The notes: generated from the sequence alone by a model not told the origin. A DNA stretch of 64,000 bases from Terriglobia bacterium (GCA_963666975.2 CAXVYR010000004.1:1984001-2048000); one strand, 5' to 3'; shown: positions 21,037-31,695, counted from the stretch's first letter. A program made the numbers and translations.

Positions 21037-21337
21037 TTTTCCTCGCCTTCCATTGGACGGGCTGTTGGGGCCGCTGGGACCGGTTTGGAGAAGAAGTCGT
21101 CTAGGGAGGCTCGGTTGGACGCAAATGGATATATACTTTCGGTCGCCGGAGGGCTAAAAAGGAAATTCCGGTTTAGAAAGAATCTCGGCTGAGGGTGGTC
21201 GCAGATAGTTTCCAGGCGGAGGAGATTAGGAAAAGTTGCCAACAAGCCCTTCGATTTTGCCGAGAATATCCTCCGCTTTTGTTCCCCGAGGCAAAGCAAG
21301 AAGGTCCAGAGCTTCGGTCATGAAAGGAAGGAAAACA

Positions 21338-23215
21338 ATGAATTGGAAAAGGTTGCCCCTCGTCGTCTTGCTGCTCTGTGGCTGGCTGTCGTTTCTCAGC
21401 AGCACCGTCAGAGCCCAGGAACCCTCAGACATCATTCTCTACAACGGAAAGATTGTGACGGTGGATGACGATTCCTTCACCTCGAACCTGGGCACTATCG
21501 CGCAGGCTATCCACATAAAGGACGGAACGATTCTGCATGTAGGCGCCAATGCCGAGATTCGCGCCATGGCCGGACCAGGCACAAAGGTGATTGACCTGAA
21601 GGGTCGTTTCGTGATGCCGGGCATTATCAACACGCATGACCACCCGATGGACTGGGACCCGCTGAACCCGTACATCATAAGGAACGTCGTAACGGACGAT
21701 GTTCACATTGAACGGTTTTTGTGGGAGGAGCCTCCGGATGAGAAGTTGCGAAAATTTCCCCGCGTTTTGGAGGAAGCAGTCCTCGCCGCCAAACCCGGCC
21801 AGTGGATTCGAATCAGTTTGCTTCATGGGAAAGAGTATCGTTGGAGAGAAGAGGTTACCAGTTTCTTGGGCCGGCAGATTACCAAGCAGCAATTGGATAT
21901 GGCGGCGCCTAATAACCCGGTGCTCGTGCGGGCCGGTTTTGTGGGGGCGTTGGTGAACAACCGCGCGTTGGAGGAAATCAGAAAATACTGGGGAGATAAA
22001 GCCGACGCTATCTTTAGCACGCCGGAAAACGCTGGATTTGAGCAGACGGGATTTGGCGCTGTCAGTTACCGCTTCGTCGAGCCGGATATTATTTACCACA
22101 AAGACCATCCCGAAATCTGGGCCAAGATACTGGAACACGGCCTCTCGTGGCTGGCCGGTTATGGGGTGACAACCGACGGCTCGATGATGTACGCCCCGGC
22201 ACAAATTTATGGTTATCGCAAACTGGAGAAGGAAGATAGGCTGGCGATCCGCATGCCGTGGGGGTATTTCTGGCCGCCCTTTAACGAACCATTCAACGAC
22301 CCCTATTTTTTGGCGGATATCGCTAATCGTGTTGGAGAAGGCTCCGACCGCTTCTGGTTCATCGGCGCTTCCCCGATGATGACCTTCGGTTGCTCTACCT
22401 TGCCGGGCATCACTCCGGAAGCGCAGAAAAGAGAGGCCGAATGCGATGACACGCTCGAACCTGGATCGGGCATGAGCAAGTGGACCTACAATTACGTCAA
22501 AGCCGGCGGCCGCATTGCGCTCATCCATACCGAGGGGGATCAGGACATCGACTACCTGCTGGACATCGTCGAGCAGGCCAGCAAGGACGCGGGGATGACG
22601 CTAGAGGAAATTCGTGCCAAACGGCATGCATATGACCACGGGCAGATGTCCCCCCGGGACGATCAAGCGGTGCGCCTGAGAAATCTGGGGATGATCGTAG
22701 GTAACTATGACATATACCTCTGGGAAGGCAATGGCGCCAGAATCTTGAAGGACTACGGAGAAAGAGCAGCCAGCTGGGTGACTCCACGCAAAAGATTGGT
22801 CTCCAACCAAGTTGTCACTACGCTGGAGCTGGATCGACCTTTCGGCTACACCAATCTGACCATGTTCCAGGTTTTTCATACGGCGATTACCCGGAAGGAC
22901 AAGGATGGAAATGTGATTGCTCCCCAGCAAGGGGTGGACCGGCAAACCATGTTAAAGATAGCTACCACTTGGGGTTCCCAATACGTCTTGCGACAGGACA
23001 AACTCGGTTCCCTGGAGCCCGGTAAGTGGGCGGACCTGGCTGTTTTGGACAAAGATTACCTCACCATTCCCGTGGACGACATCCCCAAGCTGCAGGTGTT
23101 GATGACCCTGGTGGGCGGTAAAGTAGCCCATCTGGTTCCATCGCTGGCCCGCGAAATCGGCATGCAGGCCACGGGATCTCAGGTGGAACTCGGCGGACCG
23201 GCAGCGCAATGGTAG
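21338..23215 (+). CDS. secreted amidohydrolase (Amidohydro_3 / YtcJ-like)
   Basis: Signal peptide, ILYNGKIVTVD, DLKGRFVMPGIINTHDH and GSLEPGKWADLAVLD. Confidence 0.92.
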   Translation: MNWKRLPLVVLLLCGWLSFLSSTVRAQEPSDIILYNGKIVTVDDDSFTSNLGTIAQAIHIKDGTILHVGANAEIRAMAGPGTKVIDLKGRFVMPGIINTHDHPMDWDPLNPYIIRNVVTDDVHIERFLWEEPPDEKLRKFPRVLEEAVLAAKPGQWIRISLLHGKEYRWREEVTSFLGRQITKQQLDMAAPNNPVLVRAGFVGALVNNRALEEIRKYWGDKADAIFSTPENAGFEQTGFGAVSYRFVEPDIIYHKDHPEIWAKILEHGLSWLAGYGVTTDGSMMYAPAQIYGYRKLEKEDRLAIRMPWGYFWPPFNEPFNDPYFLADIANRVGEGSDRFWFIGASPMMTFGCSTLPGITPEAQKREAECDDTLEPGSGMSKWTYNYVKAGGRIALIHTEGDQDIDYLLDIVEQASKDAGMTLEEIRAKRHAYDHGQMSPRDDQAVRLRNLGMIVGNYDIYLWEGNGARILKDYGERAASWVTPRKRLVSNQVVTTLELDRPFGYTNLTMFQVFHTAITRKDKDGNVIAPQQGVDRQTMLKIATTWGSQYVLRQDKLGSLEPGKWADLAVLDKDYLTIPVDDIPKLQVLMTLVGGKVAHLVPSLAREIGMQATGSQVELGGPAAQW

Positions 23216-23239
23216 GTTTTTTCGGTTGGAACAGGGCAA

Positions 23240-23470
23240 GAGGAACTGGTAGAGTCTCTCGGCGCCAAACTGGACGCGTTCTATTTTGCATTCGGCGAGG
23301 CCGACGTTTTTCTTATTGTAGACGCCCCTGACAATCTGAGCGCCGCTGCTGCCTCCCTGGCAGTCAACGCGACCGGAGCGGTCCGGCTCAAAACGACGGT
23401 TCTTCTGACCCCCGAAGAGATGGACGCAGCCACGAAGAAGAGCGTGAGTTATCGCGCACCCGGCAAATAG
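23240..23470 (+). pseudogene. 5'-truncated GYD-domain protein
   Basis: ESLGAKLDAFYFAFGEADV...TTVLLTPEEMDAA..YRAPG with no start codon. Confidence 0.75.
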
Positions 23471-23562
23471 CACATCATCACCCGTTGGCGCGTTCTGCCC
23501 TGCAAATATCCACCTTGCCCATGCGCGCGCTTTCCTCCCGCCGGTCGTATCGGGATTGACGT

Positions 23563-23961
23563 TCAGAAACCGATACCTGCGATGCGGTCCACTTGGGTCC
23601 GAACGATCAGGCGCTTCTCGCCCGGCGTTCGCCAGGGATAGTTGTCCATTCCCAAAAAACGTTTGGCGAGCATGTCGATGTGCGGCTCCGCTCCCTCGGC
23701 GGTCACCGTCGCAGTCCCGTAGAAGATCGCGTGTCCCTGCGGGTTGAGGGGATTCTGAACGGAAATCAGGATGCGCGGGTCGCGGCGCAGGTTTCGCGGC
23801 TTGACTCTCCCCTCCGCAGTGTTGAAGAGAACTTCGTTCCCGTCAACGTCCATCCAGACCATCGACATTTGCGGGCTGCCGTCTTGATTGCGCGTTACCA
23901 CATGGCCATAGGCCCTGAGCGTGAGAAATTGTTTGACTGTATCGGGAAGTTCAATCGGCAT
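23563..23961 (-). CDS. PPOX-class F420-dependent oxidoreductase
   Basis: DGSPQMSMVW, FNTAEGRVKPRNLRRDPRI. Confidence 0.9.
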   Translation of the reverse strand: MPIELPDTVKQFLTLRAYGHVVTRNQDGSPQMSMVWMDVDGNEVLFNTAEGRVKPRNLRRDPRILISVQNPLNPQGHAIFYGTATVTAEGAEPHIDMLAKRFLGMDNYPWRTPGEKRLIVRTQVDRIAGIGF

Positions 23962-24150
23962 GTGCACCACCATGGCATAAAATATCCGGGGCTTCCAGCA
24001 AGTTTATTTCATTAAAGTTTACTTCATTCGCTGGAATTTTCGATTGCAATTTTCGGGCGGCTTCAGGCTTTTCGCCTGTTTGCGTGACCCTTAAATCCTT
24101 TTCAAAGCCTTTATGACAACCCCTGCCTTCCGTCGGCGGAAGGCTCGCCG

Positions 24151-25158
24151 CTACTGATAAGAAATCACCAGTTGTTGGACGGCCGGGCTGAGATCATGCC
24201 GCTCGCTGCGCGTGAAACCGGCGTTGCCAAACATGCGCTCCAAGTCGGCAAAGCTGTAGGCATCGCCGTTCGGCGTCGTGGCCAGCATGACCAAGGGGAA
24301 GCCGGCAGAACCCCCGGGAGAGATACGGTCGTCGTTGAGCACGAACTCGATGGTCGCCGCGCGTCCTCCCGGCTGGAGCGAGACTGCCACCTTGCGCAGG
24401 AGGGTTTCGCAAGCCGGGATGTCAAAGTGATGCAGGAAGTTGGTCAGCAAGACAACATCGTAGCCGTTTCCGAACTCCACTTCGAATGCATCGCCTGCGA
24501 TGGTGTGGTAGCGGCTGGCTACTCCGGCGAGGGAGGCATTTTCCTTCGCCACTTCCAGAACGCCGGGCCAATCCAGCCCCGTTACCTCGATCTTCGGGTT
24601 CCGCTGCGCCAGCGTGATGCCGAACATCCCGTGGCCGGCGGCAATGTCGAGCACCTTGGCCTTGCTCCCTGTCTCGAACCGGAGCACGTCCGCCATCATC
24701 CGTGCCGGCAGGATCATCAGTGACGCCATGCCACGGGCGAAGTCCACCCAAACGGGATGCTCAGGACTCACCGAACCCTGCCCGTCAAGAATGGTCGTTC
24801 CCCGGCGAACCGTCTCCGCAAGCCCCTCAAAGGCGTTTTTCATCATGGGGGAAAGAAGAAATTGGAGCGCGCCTCCCAAATAGGCCCGCGAGTTTCGGTC
24901 GAGAAACATGGCGCTGTCCGGGGTCAGGGCGTAGTGGCCGTCTTGCTTGGCCAGAAATCCAGTGACCGTCAGATAATCGCACAGGATGCGCGTGCTTCGC
25001 TCGGGTGTGCCTAGCTGAGAGGAGACATCTGCGACAGTCGCCCTGTTTTTTCCAATGGCGGTGAACAGATCCAATTCGACCGCTGCTTGTAAGGCGGCCG
25101 TCCGTTGAAACGCCATGGCCGTATCGTAAAAAAGCACAGGAGACGGTTGTGTGCTCAT
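24151..25158 (-). CDS. O-methyltransferase (dimerisation domain + Methyltransf_2)
   Basis: AAVELDLFT, LDIAAGHG, AGDAF and NFLHHF. Confidence 0.9.
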   Translation of the reverse strand: MSTQPSPVLFYDTAMAFQRTAALQAAVELDLFTAIGKNRATVADVSSQLGTPERSTRILCDYLTVTGFLAKQDGHYALTPDSAMFLDRNSRAYLGGALQFLLSPMMKNAFEGLAETVRRGTTILDGQGSVSPEHPVWVDFARGMASLMILPARMMADVLRFETGSKAKVLDIAAGHGMFGITLAQRNPKIEVTGLDWPGVLEVAKENASLAGVASRYHTIAGDAFEVEFGNGYDVVLLTNFLHHFDIPACETLLRKVAVSLQPGGRAATIEFVLNDDRISPGGSAGFPLVMLATTPNGDAYSFADLERMFGNAGFTRSERHDLSPAVQQLVISYQ

Positions 25159-25613
25159 GAATCCCCTTGTCTGATTGAGATATTTCGGATGGAATTTTGA
25201 TTCCCACCTTACGTTCACACAAAATCATACGCCAGCCTGCCAGCCCTTAAATAAATTTTTCTGGAAATTTTCCGAAAAGGCTTCCGGGAAGCTTGGGCAT
25301 GCTCTGCAGGCGCAGGAAGGACCTCTTCCCCATGCCGCGCTGCCAGCCAAACGCGAGGTGGCAATCCGAGCTTGAAGCAACCAGGGGGCAGGCGTATGAT
25401 TTGGGCGCAAGCAGAATTGAACGCCGAAATTCCCAACAAAAAGACGGCAAGGAGGACGGGCATGCTCCGGCAGGTGGCTCATCCCGAGCATCGCAAGGAA
25501 GCTGACAGTTCCCCTAGAACCGGTTTCAAAAATGGTCAATTGGGGGGAACGTCATATCAAACTGGCAGATTCCTTGGGTCGGCAAACGGGAGGCCCGCAA
25601 AGGAGCAAAGACC

Positions 25614-26444
25614 ATGACCACCTCGAAACCTGCTGATCCCGGCTCCTTCCGGGCATTTGAACACTCCGGCTGGCTGCAGGTCGCCGAACAGTATAATAAC
25701 TTTTTTGCCTCTCTCACGGCTCAGACCATCGAACCGCTTCTGGACGCCGCGGGCGTGTCGAACGGCGCGCGCCTGCTCGACGTGGCGACGGGGCCAGGCT
25801 ACGTCGCCGCCGCCGCCGCCAAGAGGGGCGCTTCTGCGGTGGGACTGGATTTTTCCGCCGCCATGGTGGCTCTCGCGCGCCGGCAATATCCGGAAGCGAA
25901 ATTCCAGGAAGGAGACGCGGAACAGTTGCCCTTCCCCGACGGCAGCTTCGACGCTGTGGTCACGAATTTCGGATTGCTCCATCTGGGCATGCCGGAAAAA
26001 GCATTGCAGGAAGCGCACCGGGTGCTCCGGTCCGGCGGACGAATCGGGTTCACTGTATGGACCAAGCCGGACGAAGCCATTGGATTTCAAATCATCCTGC
26101 AAGCGATCGAACAGCACGGCACCCAAACCGTTCCTCTCCCGGAGGGTCCTCCCTTCTTCCGTTTCAGCGACCCGGCGGAGTGTCACCGAGTTTTGAAGGA
26201 AGCGGGCTTTGCCGAACCCCGCACGGAAAAGGTCCCGCAACTTTGGCGGCTGCCCTCGCCCGATGCCCTTTTAGACGCCATACAAAAAGGAACGGTTCGG
26301 ACCGGCGGATTGCTGCTGGCCCAGCCCCGTGAGGTACAGAACGCCATCCAAGCGGTCATCCGGGATGCAGTGAAAGTCTATGAGAAGGCCGGCTCGATTG
26401 AATTGCCCATGGCCGCTATTCTGGCAGCAGCCAGGAAGCCATAG
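25614..26444 (+). CDS. class I SAM-dependent methyltransferase
   Basis: LLDVATGPG and GDAEQLPFPDGSFD. Confidence 0.92.
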   Translation: MTTSKPADPGSFRAFEHSGWLQVAEQYNNFFASLTAQTIEPLLDAAGVSNGARLLDVATGPGYVAAAAAKRGASAVGLDFSAAMVALARRQYPEAKFQEGDAEQLPFPDGSFDAVVTNFGLLHLGMPEKALQEAHRVLRSGGRIGFTVWTKPDEAIGFQIILQAIEQHGTQTVPLPEGPPFFRFSDPAECHRVLKEAGFAEPRTEKVPQLWRLPSPDALLDAIQKGTVRTGGLLLAQPREVQNAIQAVIRDAVKVYEKAGSIELPMAAILAAARKP

Positions 26445-26542
26445 AGCATCTATAACGGCGTTGGCGTTGTCAACAGACACCAGCAGCGTAGTGAGCCGGC
26501 GCCGTTATCCAATCAATTTTGGAGTTGGTGTAGAGTGCTTCA

Positions 26543-26580
26543 CAGCCCTGCCAGGGCGGCAGAAGCTAGCCCAGGGCTTA
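26543..26580. repeat. REP-like palindromic repeat cut by the adjacent IS end
   Basis: AGCCCTGCCAGGGC...TAGCCCAGGGCTTA immediately precedes GAGTCTGT. Confidence 0.5.
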
Positions 26581-26581
26581 C

Positions 26582-26985
26582 GAGTCTGTCGGGAATAGAT
26601 ACATTGGCAAACAGGATTCAGGAAACTCTTGACGAAAGAATATGCGCCCGCTAAGGTCAGCGCAGGAGCAAACGATTTCGAGACCACCAGCCGGAACAAC
26701 TGTTGATGCTGCCGCCCTCGTTGCAGGACTGGCTGCCGGAAAGGCATCTGGCGCGGTTTCTCAGCGATGTGGTGACGGAACTGGATGGGAGCGCGATCTA
26801 TCAGTCCTACGACGAGAAGGACGGTCGCGGGCAAGCCGCGTATCACCCAGTGATGATGGTGAAGCTGCTGTTCTATGGGTACTGTGTCGGAGTGATGTCC
26901 TCGCGCAAGATCGAGGCGGCGACCTACGACCCTGTCGCTTTCCGGTATCTGGCGGCCGATGAGCATCCGGACCACGCCAGCATCA
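26582..26985 (+). mobile_element. truncated IS1182-family element (left end + transposase N-terminus)
   Basis: Left end GAGTCTGT as in the 5522 element. Reads SKRFRDHQPEQLLMLPPSLQDWLP...YHPVMMVKLLFYGY...PDHASI. The likely start codon position reads AGG (26664). Confidence 0.85.
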
Positions 26986-27285
26986 GGAGACCTGAAATCA
27001 GGAACAGCGTATTTGATATCCAACCCATTGGAAGGGTCCGGGAGCGCCCAGCGTGTAGAGACCTACCGGAACGAAGGAAAGCGCGAACACGGCAAACATC
27101 GAGTAGGGTTTTCCCTTCCATGCCGCCACCGCCCCCGCCAGAGCCAGGCCGAGCATCATGCCAGCGATGGCATAACTGCCCGCAGTGATCCCGCGATTTC
27201 CATAGGGATTGAAAAACAAGAACACGAGCCAAAGGCTGCCGGTGACCAAGGAGGCCGCCAGACCGATCGAACGGCCGGCTTGCAA
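26970..27285 (-). pseudogene. small 4-TM membrane protein with a probable 1-bp frameshift near 27020
   Basis: ...GAPGPFQWVG continues as ISNTLFLISGLLML in another frame and abuts the IS fragment. Confidence 0.55.
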
Positions 27286-27306
27286 CAGGACCGCCCCCTT
27301 CCAGCC

Positions 27307-29376
27307 CTAGTAGTTGTCGGTTTCCCGGCTGCTCCGCTCGTAAGGCTGCTGAAGATGTTCATTGGCCACCGCCTGCGCCCCTTGCGTGTCGTCCTTGGTC
27401 CGCACGGCTTGCTGGTATTCGTTGACGGCGCGGTCCCGCTGGCCCGTCACATCGAAGATTTGCCCCAGATAAATGTGGCTCCAAACCTCCGTCCACAGGG
27501 GCTCCAGGTCCCCGTTGAGCGCCTCTCGGAAGGCATTGGCGGCTGACTGGTAATTCCGGAGAAGGAAAAACACCTCCCCCACACGGTAGTGGGCGAACGA
27601 GCTGATGCGGCTGATGTCCAGAGCTTTCTGGTATTCCTCCAGAGCGCCGGAATAATCCCGCTGCTCGACGGCCAACTCGCCCCGGGCGATGGCAACCCGG
27701 AGACGGACCGTGTCGTTGTACTTCAGCACCCGGTTATTCGGGTCTACGATGACCCGGCGCGGTTTCCCGAACGTAGCAATCGAAAATTCCGAAGCGCGGC
27801 CCGTCACCTGGACACGCTCGTTCACCGGGTCTCCGTCGGTTTCCACTTCGAGTTCCACGGGCATGCTGAAGGTGTCCATATCCTGCTTGATTTTCCCCAC
27901 CACCTTAAACCCGTCCGGCACCCGGTAGACCACGTATTCGGCCTCGAAATTGGAGGCTCCCGTCGACTCGATCCACTGAATAAAGAACCCCCGCAAATCC
28001 TGGGAGCTGGCCCGTTCCACCTCCATGCGAAAGTCCTCCGTTGTCGCCGGCTGGAAGGCGAACCGGTCGGCAAACTGCTGGAGGGCCTGGAAGAAGGCAT
28101 CGTCGCCGATCACCCAGCGGAGCATGTGGAACACGACGCCGCTTTTGTCATGGACGATGGATTTGAACTGCGGCGAAAAATCGGCCAGGCGGCCGGCTGC
28201 CCGGATGGGCACCGTGTCGTGAGTCAATGCCTCAATCGACATCTCACGCATGCGCTCCCCCAGCGCCGCTTCCCCTCCCATGTGCTCCAAGTACAAAGCC
28301 TCCGAATAGGTGGCCAATCCGTGGTCCAGCCAGAGATCAGACAGCGAGGCAGGACTCACCAGCGCGCGCCACCACTGCTGGGAAATCTCATGCGCCAGCA
28401 AGCGGTAGTTCACATCGGAGCCGATGGCGCGCGATGCCAGAAAAACCACTCCGGGCGCCGAGTATCCCCCCAGGGAGCGGTCATCGATCTCCACAATCGC
28501 AAGGTCTGCTTGCGGGGGCAGTCCGAACCGTCCGGTGAAAAAACTCATCATCCGGGCCGCTTCTTCTCCATACGTCCGGGCCATCCCGTAGTTCTCCCCG
28601 GCAAAATAAACTTGCATGGTGAGCCCCTCTGCGCTGACCACTTCCGGTTGCAAAGGAACCACGGCGAAGCTTCCGGCCAGTTGCGGCTGCTCGTAGGAGA
28701 AAGAAAACAGCACTTTGTCCTCGTTCCAGGACGGCGGCTGGGACTTGCCGCCGGCGACCACGTTAAAACCGGCGGGAACCGTGATATGGAGCTCTGCCGT
28801 GTAGCGGTTGGTGGAGTAGCCGATCACCGGAAACCATCGGGCCGGATAGAGCAAATACGAGCCTTCTTCCCCGACGTAGGCCAGCCGGATTCCCTCCGCA
28901 GGACTGTAATCCGCATTCTCGAACACCCCTTCATACTCAAAGGTGATGGTAGCGGTCTGGTCCTTGGAAAGCGGCTGCCCCAGGCTCACCACGAGGGTCA
29001 GGTTGTCGGAGCTGCGCTGCGCCGAGAGAGCATCTCCTTGTTCATTCTCGATGTTTGTCGGGAAAAGGTTGTTGTTGAGTTCAAAATTCAGCGAGTACAC
29101 GTCCTCCATCGCCTGCAAGCGAATTTGGGCCTTGGCCTGGATCTGATGAGTTTCGGGAAACAACTCGGCTTCGATCACATAATGCTGGACGGTGACGGGT
29201 TCCTGGAATTCCTGGTAATCGGGAAGATAATCATCCGCCACCAGTTGAGGCCGGGCGTCCTCTTGTTCGCTGTACTGCGCCGGAACGCCGGTTGGAAACA
29301 AGGAAACCAACATAGCAAGCGCCAGCATTTCCAGTATTGTTTTCCCCGGCGGCAGCCAGAGCGCGCTCTGCTTCAT
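27307..29376 (-). CDS. M1-aminopeptidase-like protein with C-terminal TPRs and altered metal motif
   Basis: Signal peptide, WFP, AHEISQQWW, WLDHGLATY, DKSGVVFHMLR and TPR repeats. Confidence 0.87.
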   Translation of the reverse strand: MKQSALWLPPGKTILEMLALAMLVSLFPTGVPAQYSEQEDARPQLVADDYLPDYQEFQEPVTVQHYVIEAELFPETHQIQAKAQIRLQAMEDVYSLNFELNNNLFPTNIENEQGDALSAQRSSDNLTLVVSLGQPLSKDQTATITFEYEGVFENADYSPAEGIRLAYVGEEGSYLLYPARWFPVIGYSTNRYTAELHITVPAGFNVVAGGKSQPPSWNEDKVLFSFSYEQPQLAGSFAVVPLQPEVVSAEGLTMQVYFAGENYGMARTYGEEAARMMSFFTGRFGLPPQADLAIVEIDDRSLGGYSAPGVVFLASRAIGSDVNYRLLAHEISQQWWRALVSPASLSDLWLDHGLATYSEALYLEHMGGEAALGERMREMSIEALTHDTVPIRAAGRLADFSPQFKSIVHDKSGVVFHMLRWVIGDDAFFQALQQFADRFAFQPATTEDFRMEVERASSQDLRGFFIQWIESTGASNFEAEYVVYRVPDGFKVVGKIKQDMDTFSMPVELEVETDGDPVNERVQVTGRASEFSIATFGKPRRVIVDPNNRVLKYNDTVRLRVAIARGELAVEQRDYSGALEEYQKALDISRISSFAHYRVGEVFFLLRNYQSAANAFREALNGDLEPLWTEVWSHIYLGQIFDVTGQRDRAVNEYQQAVRTKDDTQGAQAVANEHLQQPYERSSRETDNY

Positions 29377-29552
29377 AACAACAACCCACTGCGAAAAAAT
29401 GCTTTTCTCAAGATATTATCCTAAAAATGAAATTCGGCGCGAAAGCCATTCGTGACCTTTTTCATCAATTCCCGCTCCGTGCCGGTTCAAACACTTCCAG
29501 CCGGTTTCGGGAGGCGCTCCCGGGACATTCGTCCCTTTCTGCCCCATCTCTT

Positions 29553-30866
29553 TTAGCCCATCTCTTTTAGCATAGACTCCGTAACCGCCACAAACCGTTG
29601 TATGGCGTCTGCACTTTCTTTTCTCTGGACACGGTCCGGGGAGTCGCCAGGGACTGCCAATGGACCAGGGACTGCCACGCCAGGCACCTTCAATGGATTA
29701 GATGCAGGAAAAGGAGACAAAGGAGCATTACCGGCACGACTCGGAGGGTTGAGCCGCTCGGCCACTTGACGGAACGCCAGCCGCATCCGGTCCCGCGCCG
29801 CAGGGTCCTCCAGCAGCTGCCGAACGTGCGACGCCACCAGTTCCGGCTGGAAGCGGTCTTGAATCAGCTCCGGAACGATTGGCTCGTCCGCCACCAGGTT
29901 GACCATGCTGTAAAAAGGGGTTTGAACCAGTTTTCGCCCCAGCCACCACGTAGCCGGAGTGACCCTGTAGACAACCACCATGGGCGTGCCCAACAGCGCG
30001 GTCTCAATGGTGGCTGTGCCGCTGGCGACCACTGCCACCGAGGCGTGGGCCACGGCATCGTAGGTGCAGTCTTCCACCACAACAATGGGCAACCCGGAAT
30101 TTTTCACGCGGGCCCGAAGCAAATCGCCCGCCACCGTGGCGGCTGCCGGGAGGACGAAGCAGTACTCCCCTTGTTGCGACAACTGTTGTGACACTTGTTG
30201 CGACACTTGTTGCAGCATGATCCGAGCCATCTCCAGCAAAGGCGGAAGATTCAGCGAAATTTCTCTATTGCGGCTGCCCGGCAATAGCGCAATCAGGAGC
30301 GGTCTTTCAGGAATGCCCCAGCGGCTCCTAAATTCCGAGGAAGTCATGGAGGGAGCCACGCGGCCTACCAGCGGATGCCCGACAAACTCCGCCGTGACAC
30401 CGGCCTTTTGAAAAAACTTCTCCTCAAAGGGAAAGATGCAGAGCAGGCGGTCAACAAACTCGCGCAGCAGGGCCAGGCGGCCTCGCCGCCACGCCCAAAC
30501 CTGCGGAGCGACGAAGTAGAGGACTGGAACGCCCGCCCGCTTTAATTGTTTCGCCAAGCGAAGGTTAAAGTCGGGGAAATCTATTAACACCGCCAGCGCC
30601 GGCCGCCGTTTTCGCAGGGTCCGGCGGAGGAGACGGAAGGCCTTCCAAACTCGCGGCAGACCGGGGAGCACCTCGGCCAGCCCGACCATCGTGATCTGTT
30701 GGGCTTCCACCAGAGTCTCGCATCCAGCGGCCTGCATCTTTGCGCCGCCGCAGCCAAAAAAATGCACCGCGCCCAGCCGCTCGCGCAGGGCTTGGATCAA
30801 CAACGCTCCATACAAATCTCCGGAAGCTTCCCCGGCGGAAATGAAGATGGGAATAGTGGATGCCAC
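29553..30866 (-). CDS. lpxB: lipid-A-disaccharide synthase
   Basis: ISAGEASGDLYG, IDFPDFNL, PQVWAWR, LLPGSR and ASGTAT. Confidence 0.95.
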   Translation of the reverse strand: MASTIPIFISAGEASGDLYGALLIQALRERLGAVHFFGCGGAKMQAAGCETLVEAQQITMVGLAEVLPGLPRVWKAFRLLRRTLRKRRPALAVLIDFPDFNLRLAKQLKRAGVPVLYFVAPQVWAWRRGRLALLREFVDRLLCIFPFEEKFFQKAGVTAEFVGHPLVGRVAPSMTSSEFRSRWGIPERPLLIALLPGSRNREISLNLPPLLEMARIMLQQVSQQVSQQLSQQGEYCFVLPAAATVAGDLLRARVKNSGLPIVVVEDCTYDAVAHASVAVVASGTATIETALLGTPMVVVYRVTPATWWLGRKLVQTPFYSMVNLVADEPIVPELIQDRFQPELVASHVRQLLEDPAARDRMRLAFRQVAERLNPPSRAGNAPLSPFPASNPLKVPGVAVPGPLAVPGDSPDRVQRKESADAIQRFVAVTESMLKEMG

Positions 30867-31127
30867 GGAATCCTGTCTGCCCGAAATCGTTCCCCTAATT
30901 ATAGGACTCTCTCACGGCCCTGACAACCGTCTCTGGCAAGCAGCGTCGGGGAAAGAAAACCCGTTCCGTTTTCCGCCGAAATGACATCATCTGGACGTGA
31001 TTGCCCGCAAGGAAATTCTCACCCAGCCGAGAGCCTCCCGATGCGCCGGCAACGGTCGAGCGAAAGGCAATCCCCAGCGGCCCAACGTGCGAGGGAATAA
31101 CCTGCGCAGGCATGGGTTGCATATCTC

Positions 31128-31165
31128 GGGCCTGTAGCTCAGAGGATAGAGCAGCGGTTTCCTAA
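31128..31165 (+). repeat. duplicated 5' half of tRNA-Arg(CCT) (att-like junction)
   Basis: 38-nt identity to 36315-36352, ending at the anticodon loop TTCCTAA. Confidence 0.92.
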
Positions 31166-31695
31166 TGCAATCCTGGCCGCCACTGGAACCTACTCAAGGC
31201 AACTAACCCCAAGAAAACATTCAAAATCGTCCAATCCATTTTGGCCTGAGTTGGGACCCTTCGGCAGGAGTATTCGGACAGAAGTCGGACAGCGGAGCGG
31301 GGGTGGTAACAGTTGTTCGCTCAAGAAAGACTTGTCCGGAAGGGGCATTACACGGCCGAAACAGTAGGCGACAAGGCAGGATCTATCCGGGAAAACGCGA
31401 CCAAACCCCCATTCAAATCTGGTGGTTGCAGCAGCAACCCGGCACCGCGGAGACGCAATTACTTTGCTGCCTAAATGCGTGTACGCAATGGCCACTTCGG
31501 TGCAGATAACCCCGTCGAGGAGAATGGACCGTGCTCGGAGGGCCCGACTGGAAAAAAATGGTGTATACTCGCCACTGCCGGGAGGCTATAATGGAAATCT
31601 CTGTCAATGGATTCTTTTTGCGTTCCTAGGGCTAGCTGTTGTCCTTCCGTTCGCAAATAAGATTTCCCTAGGCAATACCAAGGAGGATTCGTCTC

